From an uncultured Acidimicrobiaceae bacterium (lineage in GTDB: Bacteria > Actinomycetota > Acidimicrobiia > Acidimicrobiales > RAAP-2), in assembly GCA_963779735.1 (NCBI GenBank), contig CAVZZJ010000009.1:189622-253621 (forward strand): 64,000 bases of DNA. The letters run 5' to 3'. This document shows positions 55,266 to 64,000 of the stretch, in pieces. A model generated the notes under the pieces. That model ran no database searches. It had not been told where the DNA came from and was given only the letters and a program-made list of their open reading frames with translations. Each line of letters opens with the position of its first letter. Position 1 is the stretch's first letter. Both the position numbers and the translations under genes were made by a program.

Positions 55266-56498
55266 TCAGGTGGGCGGCGAGACCGTCTCGCCCGGGATGG
55301 TCTTCCCGCAGAGCGGCTCGGCGCCGGGAACCAGCTCGAAGTTCTTGCCGACCAGCTTGCCGACCCAGAAGCAGCCACCGGAGTAGTTGGTCCGGTTGGT
55401 GAGGTCAATGGGGTGGTTGCCGAACAGGCCCAGCGCGTTCCAGGTGTGGATCTTGGCCAGCTGGGTGATGATCTCGGCCTGCGTCGGGTTGTTGCCGGCC
55501 GCCTTCAGGGCCTGCATGAGCATGCCGACCGAGACGTAGGCGTTGTACTCGGACTGGGTGGGCAGGCCCTTGATCCCCGCCGCCTTGAGGTCGGCGGCGA
55601 ACTGCTTGGTGGCGGGCGTGTTCAGCTCCTGGATCTCGTAGGGGTTCTCGAAGGAGACGCCCTGGGCGGCCTGGACCTCGGCCGGGCTGGCCTGGTTGGT
55701 CACGTCACCGCCGTAGCCGGTGGCGAGCAGCACCGCCTTGAGCTTGACCCCGTCCTGCTTGAGGGCCGCGATCAGCGCGTAGGCCGTGTTGGGGTCGGTG
55801 GCCGCGGTCAGCCCGTTGACGCCGGCCGACTTCATGGCCAGCGCGATAGGCGCCACGTTGGTGCTCCCGAAGGGGAACGCTGCGTTGACGTAGCCGGCCT
55901 TGATCCCGGCCTTCTCGGCCGAATCAGCGGCACCTTCGGCCGCCTCCGCCGACGACGGCGAGATGGCATAGCCGATGGAGCCGAGGTTGGTAACGCCCTG
56001 GCTCTTCAGGTACAGGCCGTCGCCCGTGTTCACCAAGCTCGTCTTGGGGATGCCGTAGACCGAGAACATGTTGGAATCGGTCTGCCACTCCGACGCGTCC
56101 TCGGCCACGCCGACCACGGGCGTGCCCTGCGCCTTGAAGAACGGCGCGGCGGCGAAGGTCAGCGACGAGACGGCGACCACCGCCAACACGTGGTGCTGCT
56201 CCACCAGGCTCTGCCCGGCGGAGAGACCGGTCGTCGGACTGGTGGCGGTGTCGCCGACGACGAACTTGAGGTTGTAGCCGTCGCGCTTGGCCAGTTGTTG
56301 TCCGGCCTCCATGCCCTGCACACTGCTCGCGTTGCCCGAGGCACCGAGTCCCGTCGCATCGGTCAACAGACCTACCGTGATGGTCTTGTCGCTGCTCGAG
56401 GCGCCCGCCGTCGCACCGCTCAAGCCGAGGCTCAAACCGCTGACGACCGTCGCCATGACGGTCGCCGCCGCCAAAATCCTGCCTTTTCTGTGGGCCAT
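55266..56498 (-). CDS. ABC-transporter substrate-binding protein (LivK type), secreted; tandem paralog
   Basis: ATG at 56498 (MAHRKGRILAAATVMATVVSG) within ORF 55266..56591, 410 aa. Confidence 0.85.
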   Translation of the reverse strand: MAHRKGRILAAATVMATVVSGLSLGLSGATAGASSSDKTITVGLLTDATGLGASGNASSVQGMEAGQQLAKRDGYNLKFVVGDTATSPTTGLSAGQSLVEQHHVLAVVAVSSLTFAAAPFFKAQGTPVVGVAEDASEWQTDSNMFSVYGIPKTSLVNTGDGLYLKSQGVTNLGSIGYAISPSSAEAAEGAADSAEKAGIKAGYVNAAFPFGSTNVAPIALAMKSAGVNGLTAATDPNTAYALIAALKQDGVKLKAVLLATGYGGDVTNQASPAEVQAAQGVSFENPYEIQELNTPATKQFAADLKAAGIKGLPTQSEYNAYVSVGMLMQALKAAGNNPTQAEIITQLAKIHTWNALGLFGNHPIDLTNRTNYSGGCFWVGKLVGKNFELVPGAEPLCGKTIPGETVSPPT

Positions 56499-56808
56499 GT
56501 CGTGGTCCCTCCCTTTGACTGGTCCGTACCAGCCGCTCACATGCCCACCGCGGGCTTCGTTAATGTCACAGCATCTTAACCTAACTTCCACATGATGTCG
56601 CTTTTAGCAATGCAATGAAGCAATTCCGGTCTGTAGCTCCAGACGGGGCTAAAGGCCATACATGCCCAGCTCACAGCGGTGAACCACTTAGAGAAGGCAG
56701 ACCCTCGAAAACCCTGAGCAAGTTTCTTAGCGACTTTTTACGCGCTTAAGGCCCCAGATTGTCCCGTCTTTTGTAATCAGACAGGCTGTTGCGCGCCTAC
56801 GACCCCGC

Positions 56809-56886
56809 CGAACTCTCGGTCGAACTCTCCGCCGAACTCTCGGTCGAACGCTCGGTCGAACTCTGGGCCGAAACTCTCGGCCGAAC
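56809..56886. repeat. 12-bp tandem repeat (~6.5 units, consensus cgaactctcggt)
   Basis: Direct reading gives cgaactctcggt cgaactctccgc cgaactctcggt cgaacgctcggt cgaactctgggc cgaaactctcggc cgaac. Confidence 0.75.
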
Positions 56887-56929
56887 GCACGACGCAAGTA
56901 CGCGTCGCGATGGTTCTCGAGATGGTTGA

Positions 56930-57799
56930 ATGACCGACATGACGCAAGCCACCGAGACCGACCCTATGACCTTTGCCCGAGAGTGGGAGGCGTGGCACCG
57001 CCACCACGAGGGGATCATGGGCGACCGGCACGGCTTCCTGGCGATCACCAACATCCACTGGCTCGGTGGCGACCCCCAACGCTTCGACGACGTCCCCGGC
57101 GCCTGGTCCACGGGGCCCAAGGGTGTGTCCGTCGCGCTCGCCGCGGGCGAGGAGCTGATCGTCGACGGCGAGGCGTGCACCGGCGGCCATGCGTTCGGGG
57201 TGATTCCCGAGCGAGCCAGCGTGCGCGCCTCGTGGGACGACAATGTGGTGGAGGTGGCCAAGAGGGGCGGCTACGACCTCATCCGGCCGCGCCATCCGGA
57301 CAATCCGCTGCGGGTCGCCTTCACCGGCACCCCTGCCTACGCGCCCGACCCAAGCTGGGCGCTACCCGGCCGGTTCAGCCCCTTCGCCGAGCCCCGGCCC
57401 ACCAAGGTCGGCGCGGCGGTCGAGGGCCTGGAGCACGTCTACCATGCCGTCGGACGGGTCGAGGTCTCCGTCGACGGGACCGACCTGGCGCTGACCGCCT
57501 TTCCCGGCCCGCGCGACGGCCAGCTGTTGGTGCTGTTCACCGACGCCACATCGGGCGTCACCACCTACGCCGCCAACCGCTCGGTGGTTCTCGGGCCCGT
57601 GGCGGAGGACGGAGCGTTGATCGTCGACTTCAACCGGGCCGTAAACCTGCCCTGCGCCTACACCGACCTGGCCACCTGTCCGCTCCCGCCTCCCGAGAAC
57701 CGGCTGGCGGTGGCCATAGAAGCCGGAGAGAAGATCCCCTACGAGCGGCTCGAGTCCGCCGTGGGGCAGACCCCACTACCTCCCCTGCCCGTCCACTGA
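56930..57799 (+). CDS. DUF1684 domain protein
   Basis: 289-aa ORF with the C-terminal signature NLPCAY....CPLPPPENRL...IEAGEK. Confidence 0.8.
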   Translation: MTDMTQATETDPMTFAREWEAWHRHHEGIMGDRHGFLAITNIHWLGGDPQRFDDVPGAWSTGPKGVSVALAAGEELIVDGEACTGGHAFGVIPERASVRASWDDNVVEVAKRGGYDLIRPRHPDNPLRVAFTGTPAYAPDPSWALPGRFSPFAEPRPTKVGAAVEGLEHVYHAVGRVEVSVDGTDLALTAFPGPRDGQLLVLFTDATSGVTTYAANRSVVLGPVAEDGALIVDFNRAVNLPCAYTDLATCPLPPPENRLAVAIEAGEKIPYERLESAVGQTPLPPLPVH

Positions 57800-57885
57800 T
57801 CACCGGCGCCCTCCCACGGGTCGACGGCGCATACGGCGCATCGGGCGCCATTAGCGTGAGGCACGGGCTCAGATCGGAGGCGCAC

Positions 57886-58323
57886 ATGACGAGTCGACTA
57901 CGCACGACGGGTTTCAACCACGTGGCCACGATGACCGGGGACCTGGACCGCTATCTAGCCTTCTACCAGGACATCTTCGGCGCCGAAGTGATCACGGTCA
58001 TGGAACAACAGGGCGACCACCCACGTATGGCCATCGTGAACATGGGCGGTGAGAGCGCGCTCAACGTGTTCGAGGTTGCGGCGGACTCCATCGTCGGTGA
58101 CCGCACCCAAATGGGCGGCCGAGGTCCCATCGACCACTACGCCCTGTCGGTGGATTCGGAGGAGGAGCTGCTCGACATCCGGGACCGTCTGGTCGCCGTC
58201 GGGGCCTCGCCCGGCGAGGTCACGAAGTTCGGGCCCGCCCTGCACTCCGTCTTCTTCCGGGATCCGGACGGTGCCGAGCTGGAGGTGGCGTACCTGAACG
58301 GTGATGCCCTAGCGGGCGGCTGA
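57886..58323 (+). CDS. VOC family protein
   Basis: ATG at 57886 with GGAGG upstream. It has FNHVA at the N-terminus, and GGRGPIDHY and FFRDPDGAELEV segments. It is a paralog of 17044..17412. Confidence 0.75.
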   Translation: MTSRLRTTGFNHVATMTGDLDRYLAFYQDIFGAEVITVMEQQGDHPRMAIVNMGGESALNVFEVAADSIVGDRTQMGGRGPIDHYALSVDSEEELLDIRDRLVAVGASPGEVTKFGPALHSVFFRDPDGAELEVAYLNGDALAGG

Positions 58324-58337
58324 CGCCGGCCCAGAGG

Positions 58338-59457
<1,120 letters not shown>

Positions 59458-59458
<1 letters not shown>

Positions 59459-59958
59459 CACAGGTACCACTCCTCGAACCGCTCCCTGGGCGCCACTTCG
59501 CCGTTCTCGCCCCACACCTCGAGCCGCACGCCGCCCGCCCGGAGGACCTGCACCTTGGTGTCCGCCGGCACCGGCCCGTTGACCGACACGGCGGACCACT
59601 CCTCGCCGCGGACCCGCACGATCCCCTCGGGCGTCAGGTCGCTGACGGCCACGCCCTCGGAGGCCTCCAACGGGCCGAGGCGCCGTTCCTCAATGGGGTG
59701 ATGCACCGGCGCAACGGTGTGGCGCCCCGACAGCCCCTTCCACGCCAGGGCGACCACCGCGACGGACACGGCGAGATCCACCAGGAGCAGAGCCCACAGC
59801 ACGGGAGCGGACCGCCCGTCGACGGCCATGAACACGAGCCAGGCCGCACCGATCACACCGATCGCACCGGCGCCGATGTGCGCGTGCGGACCGGAGTGGA
59901 GGCCGATCAACAGCCCGAGAACCACCAGTCCGAGCAGGACTTCCGCGACGATCCACAT
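59458..59958 (-). CDS. NfeD family protein (membrane N-domain + C-terminal OB-fold)
   Basis: 166-aa ORF with three hydrophobic helices followed by G.A.SDL.P.G.V.V.GE.WSA......I......V.V. It forms the classic NfeD-stomatin gene pair. Confidence 0.8.
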
Positions 59959-60009
59959 CTGCGCCTCCTCAGTCGGTCGCGCCCCTCCATAGTACCGACT
60001 CGAGCAGCG

Positions 60010-60633
60010 TTATGAGACCGAGCACATCTCCACGAAGAGGCGGTGCACCCGGCGATCGTCGGTCAGCTCGGGATGGAAGCACGACGCCAGCACGACGCCC
60101 TGGCGCACCAGCGCCGGGGACTCCGCCTCCACCTCACCTTCGACCCGGTGCCGCACGGTCGCCAACACGTCGACCCCCGCCCCCACCGAGACCACGTACG
60201 GCGCGCGGATGAAGACGGCCGGGAGGGGCGGGCCCTCCCCGAACTCCAGCCGGGTCTCGAAGGACGCCACCTGCCGCCCGAAACCGTTGCGCCGGACGAC
60301 GGCGTCCACGGCCCCGAACGACCGCTGATCGGGCCGCCCGTCGAGCACCTCTCGGGCCAGCAGCACCAGCCCGGCGCAGGTCCCGAGGACGGGAAACCCC
60401 TCCTCGAGCAGGGCCGCCACCGAGTCGAACAGGCCGGTGGAGGTCAACAGCATCGACAGGGTGGTGGACTCGCCGCCGGGCAGGATCAGTCCGGCCAGCC
60501 CGGCCAGGTCGCCGGGCCGCTTGACCGGCCGGCTCGCCGCGCCCAGCTCGGCCAGCGCGGCGACGTGCTCACGCACGTCGCCCTGCAGGTCCAGCACACC
60601 GATCGTGGTCGGGGCAGCGGGAGCCGCTACCAC
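60010..60633 (-). CDS. pdxT: pyridoxal 5'-phosphate synthase glutaminase subunit PdxT
   Basis: [28 protein letters not shown] (catalytic Cys), FHPELT. The GTG at 60633 overlaps the true pdxS stop region. Confidence 0.85.
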   Translation of the reverse strand: MVAAPAAPTTIGVLDLQGDVREHVAALAELGAASRPVKRPGDLAGLAGLILPGGESTTLSMLLTSTGLFDSVAALLEEGFPVLGTCAGLVLLAREVLDGRPDQRSFGAVDAVVRRNGFGRQVASFETRLEFGEGPPLPAVFIRAPYVVSVGAGVDVLATVRHRVEGEVEAESPALVRQGVVLASCFHPELTDDRRVHRLFVEMCSVS

Positions 60634-61551
60634 CCTCGATCGGCCAGGCGCTCCGTCACGGCCGAGAGCTCGAGGCCGCGCATGGCCTCCCCCAGACCGC
60701 GGGAGACCTTGGCCACGTGGTCGGCGTCGTTGAAGTGCGCGGTCGCCTCGACCACGGCCGAGGCCATCCGGGCCGGGATCGGAGCTCTTGAAGATGCCCG
60801 ATCCCACGAAGACGGCCTCGGCGCCGAGCTGCATCACCAGCGCGGCGTCCGACGGCGTGGCGATCCCCCCGGCGCAGAACAGCGGCACGGGCAGGCGACC
60901 CGACGAGGCGATCTCCTGCACCAGCCCCACCGGTGCGCGCAGCTCCTTGGCCCACCCGTACAGCTCGGCGCCGTCGGCGCAGGCGGCGATGGCGCGCAGC
61001 GACCTCTGGATCGACCGCAGGTGCCGCACGGCCTCGACGATGTTCCCGGTCCCGGCCTCGCCCTTCGAGCGGATCATGGCCGCACCCTCCGAGATACGCC
61101 GGAGCGCCTCACCCAGATTCGTGGCCCCGCAGACGAAGGGGACGGAGAAGCCCCACTTGTCGATGTGGTACTCCTCGTCGGCCGGCGAGAGGACCTCGGA
61201 CTCGTCGATGAAGTCGACGCCCAGGCTCTGGAGGACCTGGGCCTCGGCGAAGTGCCCGATGCGCGCCTTGGCCATGACCGGGATGGTCACGGCCGCCTGG
61301 ATCCCCTCGATCAGCTCGGGGTCGCTCATGCGCGCCACGCCGCCGTCACGCCGGATGTCGGCCGGCACCCGTTCGAGGGCCATGACGGCGACGGCGCCGG
61401 CATCCTCGGCCACCTTGGCCTGCTCGGCGTTGACCACGTCCATGATGACCCCGCCCCGCAGCATGTCGGCCAGCCCCCGCTTGACCGTGAACGTGCCCGT
61501 CGACTCCCGGTCGATGCGGGGCTCGGTGTTCGGCACCTCGGCGCTACTCAT
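60627..61551 (-). CDS. pdxS: pyridoxal 5'-phosphate synthase lyase subunit PdxS, with apparent +1 frameshift near the 3' end
   Basis: [13 protein letters not shown]...[26 protein letters not shown] is the PdxS hallmark. After [10 protein letters not shown] (~60770) the conserved tail [37 protein letters not shown] continues in another frame, ending at TAG 60627-60629. As written, the sequence gives a 513-aa PdxS-PdxT fusion ORF. Confidence 0.85.
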
Positions 61552-61584
61552 GGCCCCAGTCTACGAGGGCGGGCCGCCCCAACC

Positions 61585-62680
61585 TCACCACTCGCTCAGC
61601 GCGGCGGCCCTCACCGACGTGGCGTCGAGATCCCCCACGGGCATCGGCTCGTCGTGACGGCCGACGGAGGGATCGATCCACACATAGCTGGTGGCGGCGA
61701 AGCGGCCGGGGCTGAACACCGAGTTCCCCGAGGGCGGGGGCGCCTTCTCCATCAGGCGCAGCGCATCGAGCAGGCCGCGCGGGATAGCGCACGGCCGACG
61801 CACCGACGACGTCCGCCCGGTACTCCCTGTTCTCCCCCACGCACCGGCGCAACAGCCCCGCCCCGGCGAAGCGGGCCAGCATGAGCGCGATGACCGACAC
61901 GCCGTTGTCGTCCCGCTTGACGTGGGCCAGCTCGTGGGCGATCACCCCCTCGAGCTCAATGGGGCCCATCGTCTCGAGCAGGCCCGAGGTCACCACCAGC
62001 ACGGCCGACGTGGCGTTGCGTCCCAGCGCGCAGGCGTTGGGGACGGCGTCGTAGACCACGTAGATGTCGCGGCATGCGCAGGCCGAAGGTGGCGCACAGC
62101 CCCTCGGCCACGTTGAAGACCAGGGGGTGGTCGTGCTCGTGGACCTGCACCGCGCCGACCTGGCGCAGGGCCACACCCGGTGCGGCCCGCCACAGCCCGT
62201 AGCCGAAAACCACCTCCGCCGCCACGAGGGCCACCGCTCCGAGCACCAGCGACGCCACCAGCGCCACGACGACGCCGACCACGACGGCGGGCACCACGGC
62301 GGCCAGCGCGCACAGCGCCACGGCGTGGCGCCGGTTGGCCGCCACCTCGCCGGGCAGCACCTCGGAGGCGCCGAGCCCGGGCTCGATGACCCGTGGAGCC
62401 AGCGCCACCGGCGCCGGTGGCGTGCTGCGCGGTCCGCCCCCGCTGCGGTTCGACTGGCCGCCGGACCGGGACCCGCCTCCGGACCGCTGGGGTTGGCCAC
62501 CCGAGCGTGGACGCTCGCCCGACCGGGGAGCCTGGCCACCCGAGCCGGCCGGCTGCCCCCACCGGCCCCGTTCCGATTCCGGTTCCGGTTGCGGTTCCGA
62601 TTGCGGTTCCGGTTCCGGTTCGATCCCCCGCCACTCCCCCCTGCTGCGGGAGGGGTGCCGTCTGTACGTTCGTCGGCCAT
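61585..62680 (-). pseudogene. M48 family (HtpX-like) metallopeptidase, split over three frames
   Basis: TM helices and NVAEGLCATFGLRMP are in one frame. DIYVVYDAVPNA...VIAHELAHVKRDD (HExxH)..REYRAD is in a second frame. PRGLLDALRLMEK... continues to the stop at 61585 in a third frame. The shifts fall at ~62068-62072 and ~61777-61783. The N-terminal low-complexity region is of uncertain frame. Confidence 0.65.
62570..62623. repeat. hexanucleotide tandem repeat (9 units, gttccg/attccg/gttgcg)
   Basis: Direct reading. Depending on frame, the minus strand encodes (NR)n, (EP)n-like or (GT)n-like repeats in the 5' region of the M48 peptidase locus. Confidence 0.8.
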
Positions 62681-62688
62681 CGGAACGC

Positions 62689-63736
62689 TCAGCCTACCTG
62701 GAGCGCCCGCCGGCGCTCGGCGACCGCCGCGGCGACGTACTCGGACCCGGGGCCGCCCGACGTCGGCCGCTCGGTATCACCCGACCCGGGCCCACCCGGG
62801 TCTGGCGTCCCGGCCAGGGCGGCCAAGGTGGACCGGACCGAGGAGCGCAGGGCCGCCAGGTCGTAGCCCCCCTCCAAGAACAGCACCAGACGCCCGGGCG
62901 CCGGCGCATAGCCGGCCACGGTCTGGGCCAGCTCGGTGAAGTCCCCGCTCGAGAGGGCCAGCTCGGCCAGCGGATCGTCCCGGTGGGCGTCGAAGCCCGC
63001 CGAGACCAGGACCCAGCTCGGCGCGAACTCCTCGAATGACCGGGGCCGCCACCTCGTCGAGCGCACGGCGCAGCACGTCGCCCGTCGCCCCGGCGGGCAC
63101 CGGAACGTTCACCGTAAGGCCCGGCGCCCCGCCCCCTCCCACCTCGCCGGCCGCGCCGGTGCCCGGGTAGAAGGGGTACTGGTGGGTCGAGACGTAGAGC
63201 ACCGACGGGTCGTCCCAGAACGCCGCCTGCGTCCCGTTGCCGTGGTGCACGTCCCAGTCGACGACCAGCACCCGCTCGCCCGACGCCGCCAGGGCCGCGG
63301 CGGCCACGGCGACGTTGTTCACCAGGCAGAAGCCCATGGCGCGATCGCCCAGGGCATGGTGGCCCGGCGGCCGGGTGGCCACGAACGCCACCCCCCGGCC
63401 CCGCTCGCGGAGGAGGTCGATGGCCTGCAGTCCCGCCCCGGCCGAGAGGAGCGCGGCCTGCCACGAGTCGGGGTTGGCGAACGTGTCGGGGTCCAGGTGG
63501 CCACCGCCCGATCGACAGAACGCCTCAAGGCGGGTCAGGTACGCCGGGGAGTGCACCCGGGCCAGCGCCGCCCCATCGGCCGCCACGGGAGCCACCAGCT
63601 CGAGATCGCTCCCGAGCTGGCGCGCCACGTCGCCCACGCCGGCCATCACGGCATCGATCCGGGCCGGCCGTTCGGGGTGACCGGCGCCGCCGTCGTGGAC
63701 CGTGCCGGTGCCGCCCGACGGCCCGACGACGATCAC
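62689..63736 (-). pseudogene. histone deacetylase / acetoin-utilization (AcuC) family protein, with one apparent +1 frameshift
   Basis: HPERPARI, RPPGHHA, DWDVHHGNGTQ and H.YPFYPGTG are in one frame. EEFAPSWVLVSAGFDAH..DPLA...LFLEGGYD is in another frame. The shift is at ~63034-63040. The GTG start at 63736 overlaps the upstream stop (GTGA). Confidence 0.75.
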
Positions 63737-64000
63737 CGCCGGGCGAAGGCGGCGATGGCCCGCTCGTATACCTCGAGGTACCGCTCGGCCAGGCTCTCCA
63801 TCGACCAGCTCTGGGCATGGTTCGCGGCGGCCTTCAGCGCGTCCGCCGAGGACTGCCCGCTGCCCTCGGCGGCGTCGGCCAGCGCCACGCCCAGGGCGCG
63901 CGCCAGCGCGGTGACGTCCCCCGGGGGCACCAGGGCGGCGTGCCCGCCGGCGGCCGAGCGGTAGCCCTGCAGGTCCGAGGCGACGACCGAGCACCCGGCG
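63733..64000 (-). CDS. glycosyltransferase (GT4/GT1-type) C-terminal part; gene continues beyond the window
   Basis: The minus frame reads ..GCSVVASDLQGYRSAAGGHAALVPPGDV.ALA..L......W..ERYLEVYERAI..*. Stop at 63733-63735. Confidence 0.6.
   Translation of the reverse strand, partial: AGCSVVASDLQGYRSAAGGHAALVPPGDVTALARALGVALADAAEGSGQSSADALKAAANHAQSWSMESLAERYLEVYERAIAAFARR

Noticed and set aside
55101-56886. CRISPR arrays.
   Set aside because: The 15-bp and 12-bp repeats are directly tandem with no spacers, are much shorter than CRISPR repeats, and have no cas genes nearby.
60010-61551. A natural PdxS-PdxT fusion protein (513-aa ORF).
   Set aside because: The linker region is Arg/Gly/Pro junk. 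The highly conserved PdxS C-terminal tail ([16 protein letters not shown]...LADRGW*) is readable in the adjacent frame and ends at a TAG that overlaps a GTG start for pdxT. So the fusion results from a single-base insertion.
61544-62680. A 378-aa '(NR)8' protein as a real gene product.
   Set aside because: It is a mosaic. Only its middle part (DIYVVYDAVPNA..HELAHVKRDD) is M48-like. The flanking conserved segments lie in the other two frames.

Overview
This is a 64-kb window of high-GC DNA. Hand counts on sampled 60-nt lines give roughly 65-80% GC for most of it. The gene content points to Actinomycetota, possibly Acidimicrobiia-like: F420/LLM enzymes, SnoaL-fold proteins, amidohydrolase_2 proteins, SDRs, P450s and orphan LivK-type binding proteins. 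This lineage call is an inference. I support about 65 protein genes, mostly small-molecule oxidoreductases and catabolic enzymes. I found no rRNA, tRNA, CRISPR array, transposase or integrase.

Main points:
1. Three same-orientation copies of a fragment of the 5' end of comM/yifB sit at 13.5, 27.1 and 40.7 kb, about 13.6 kb apart. They look like att-type scars of serial integration and enclose two integrase-less cargo modules.
2. A clearly lower-GC patch (about 27.2-33.5 kb) carries a P450 and a homogentisate-pathway operon with a decayed aminotransferase.
3. An ATP-grasp gene is paired with a B12-binding radical-SAM gene that has a C-terminal Cys-Cys (FCCSEP) tail motif. Fe-S and flavin helper genes lie next to them.
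4. A split LigD-like repair module (PolDom, then HhH+PHP protein, then ATP-dependent ligase) has no Ku in the window.
5. A SoxR gene has a textbook 19-bp-spacer SoxR-box promoter driving oxidoreductase genes.
6. A 73-nt near-pure poly(C) tract (58448-58520) sits at the left edge of a 5-kb stretch. In that stretch four conserved genes (stomatin-like, pdxS, M48 peptidase, HDAC-like) each carry apparent +1 frameshifts. This could be assembly error or real decay.
7. An SPFH/RHH operon is preceded by a 35-bp perfect AT-rich palindrome.
8. A 20-nt motif is shared by two putative leaderless promoters.

All functional calls come from motif and sequence recognition by eye. No database search was run.
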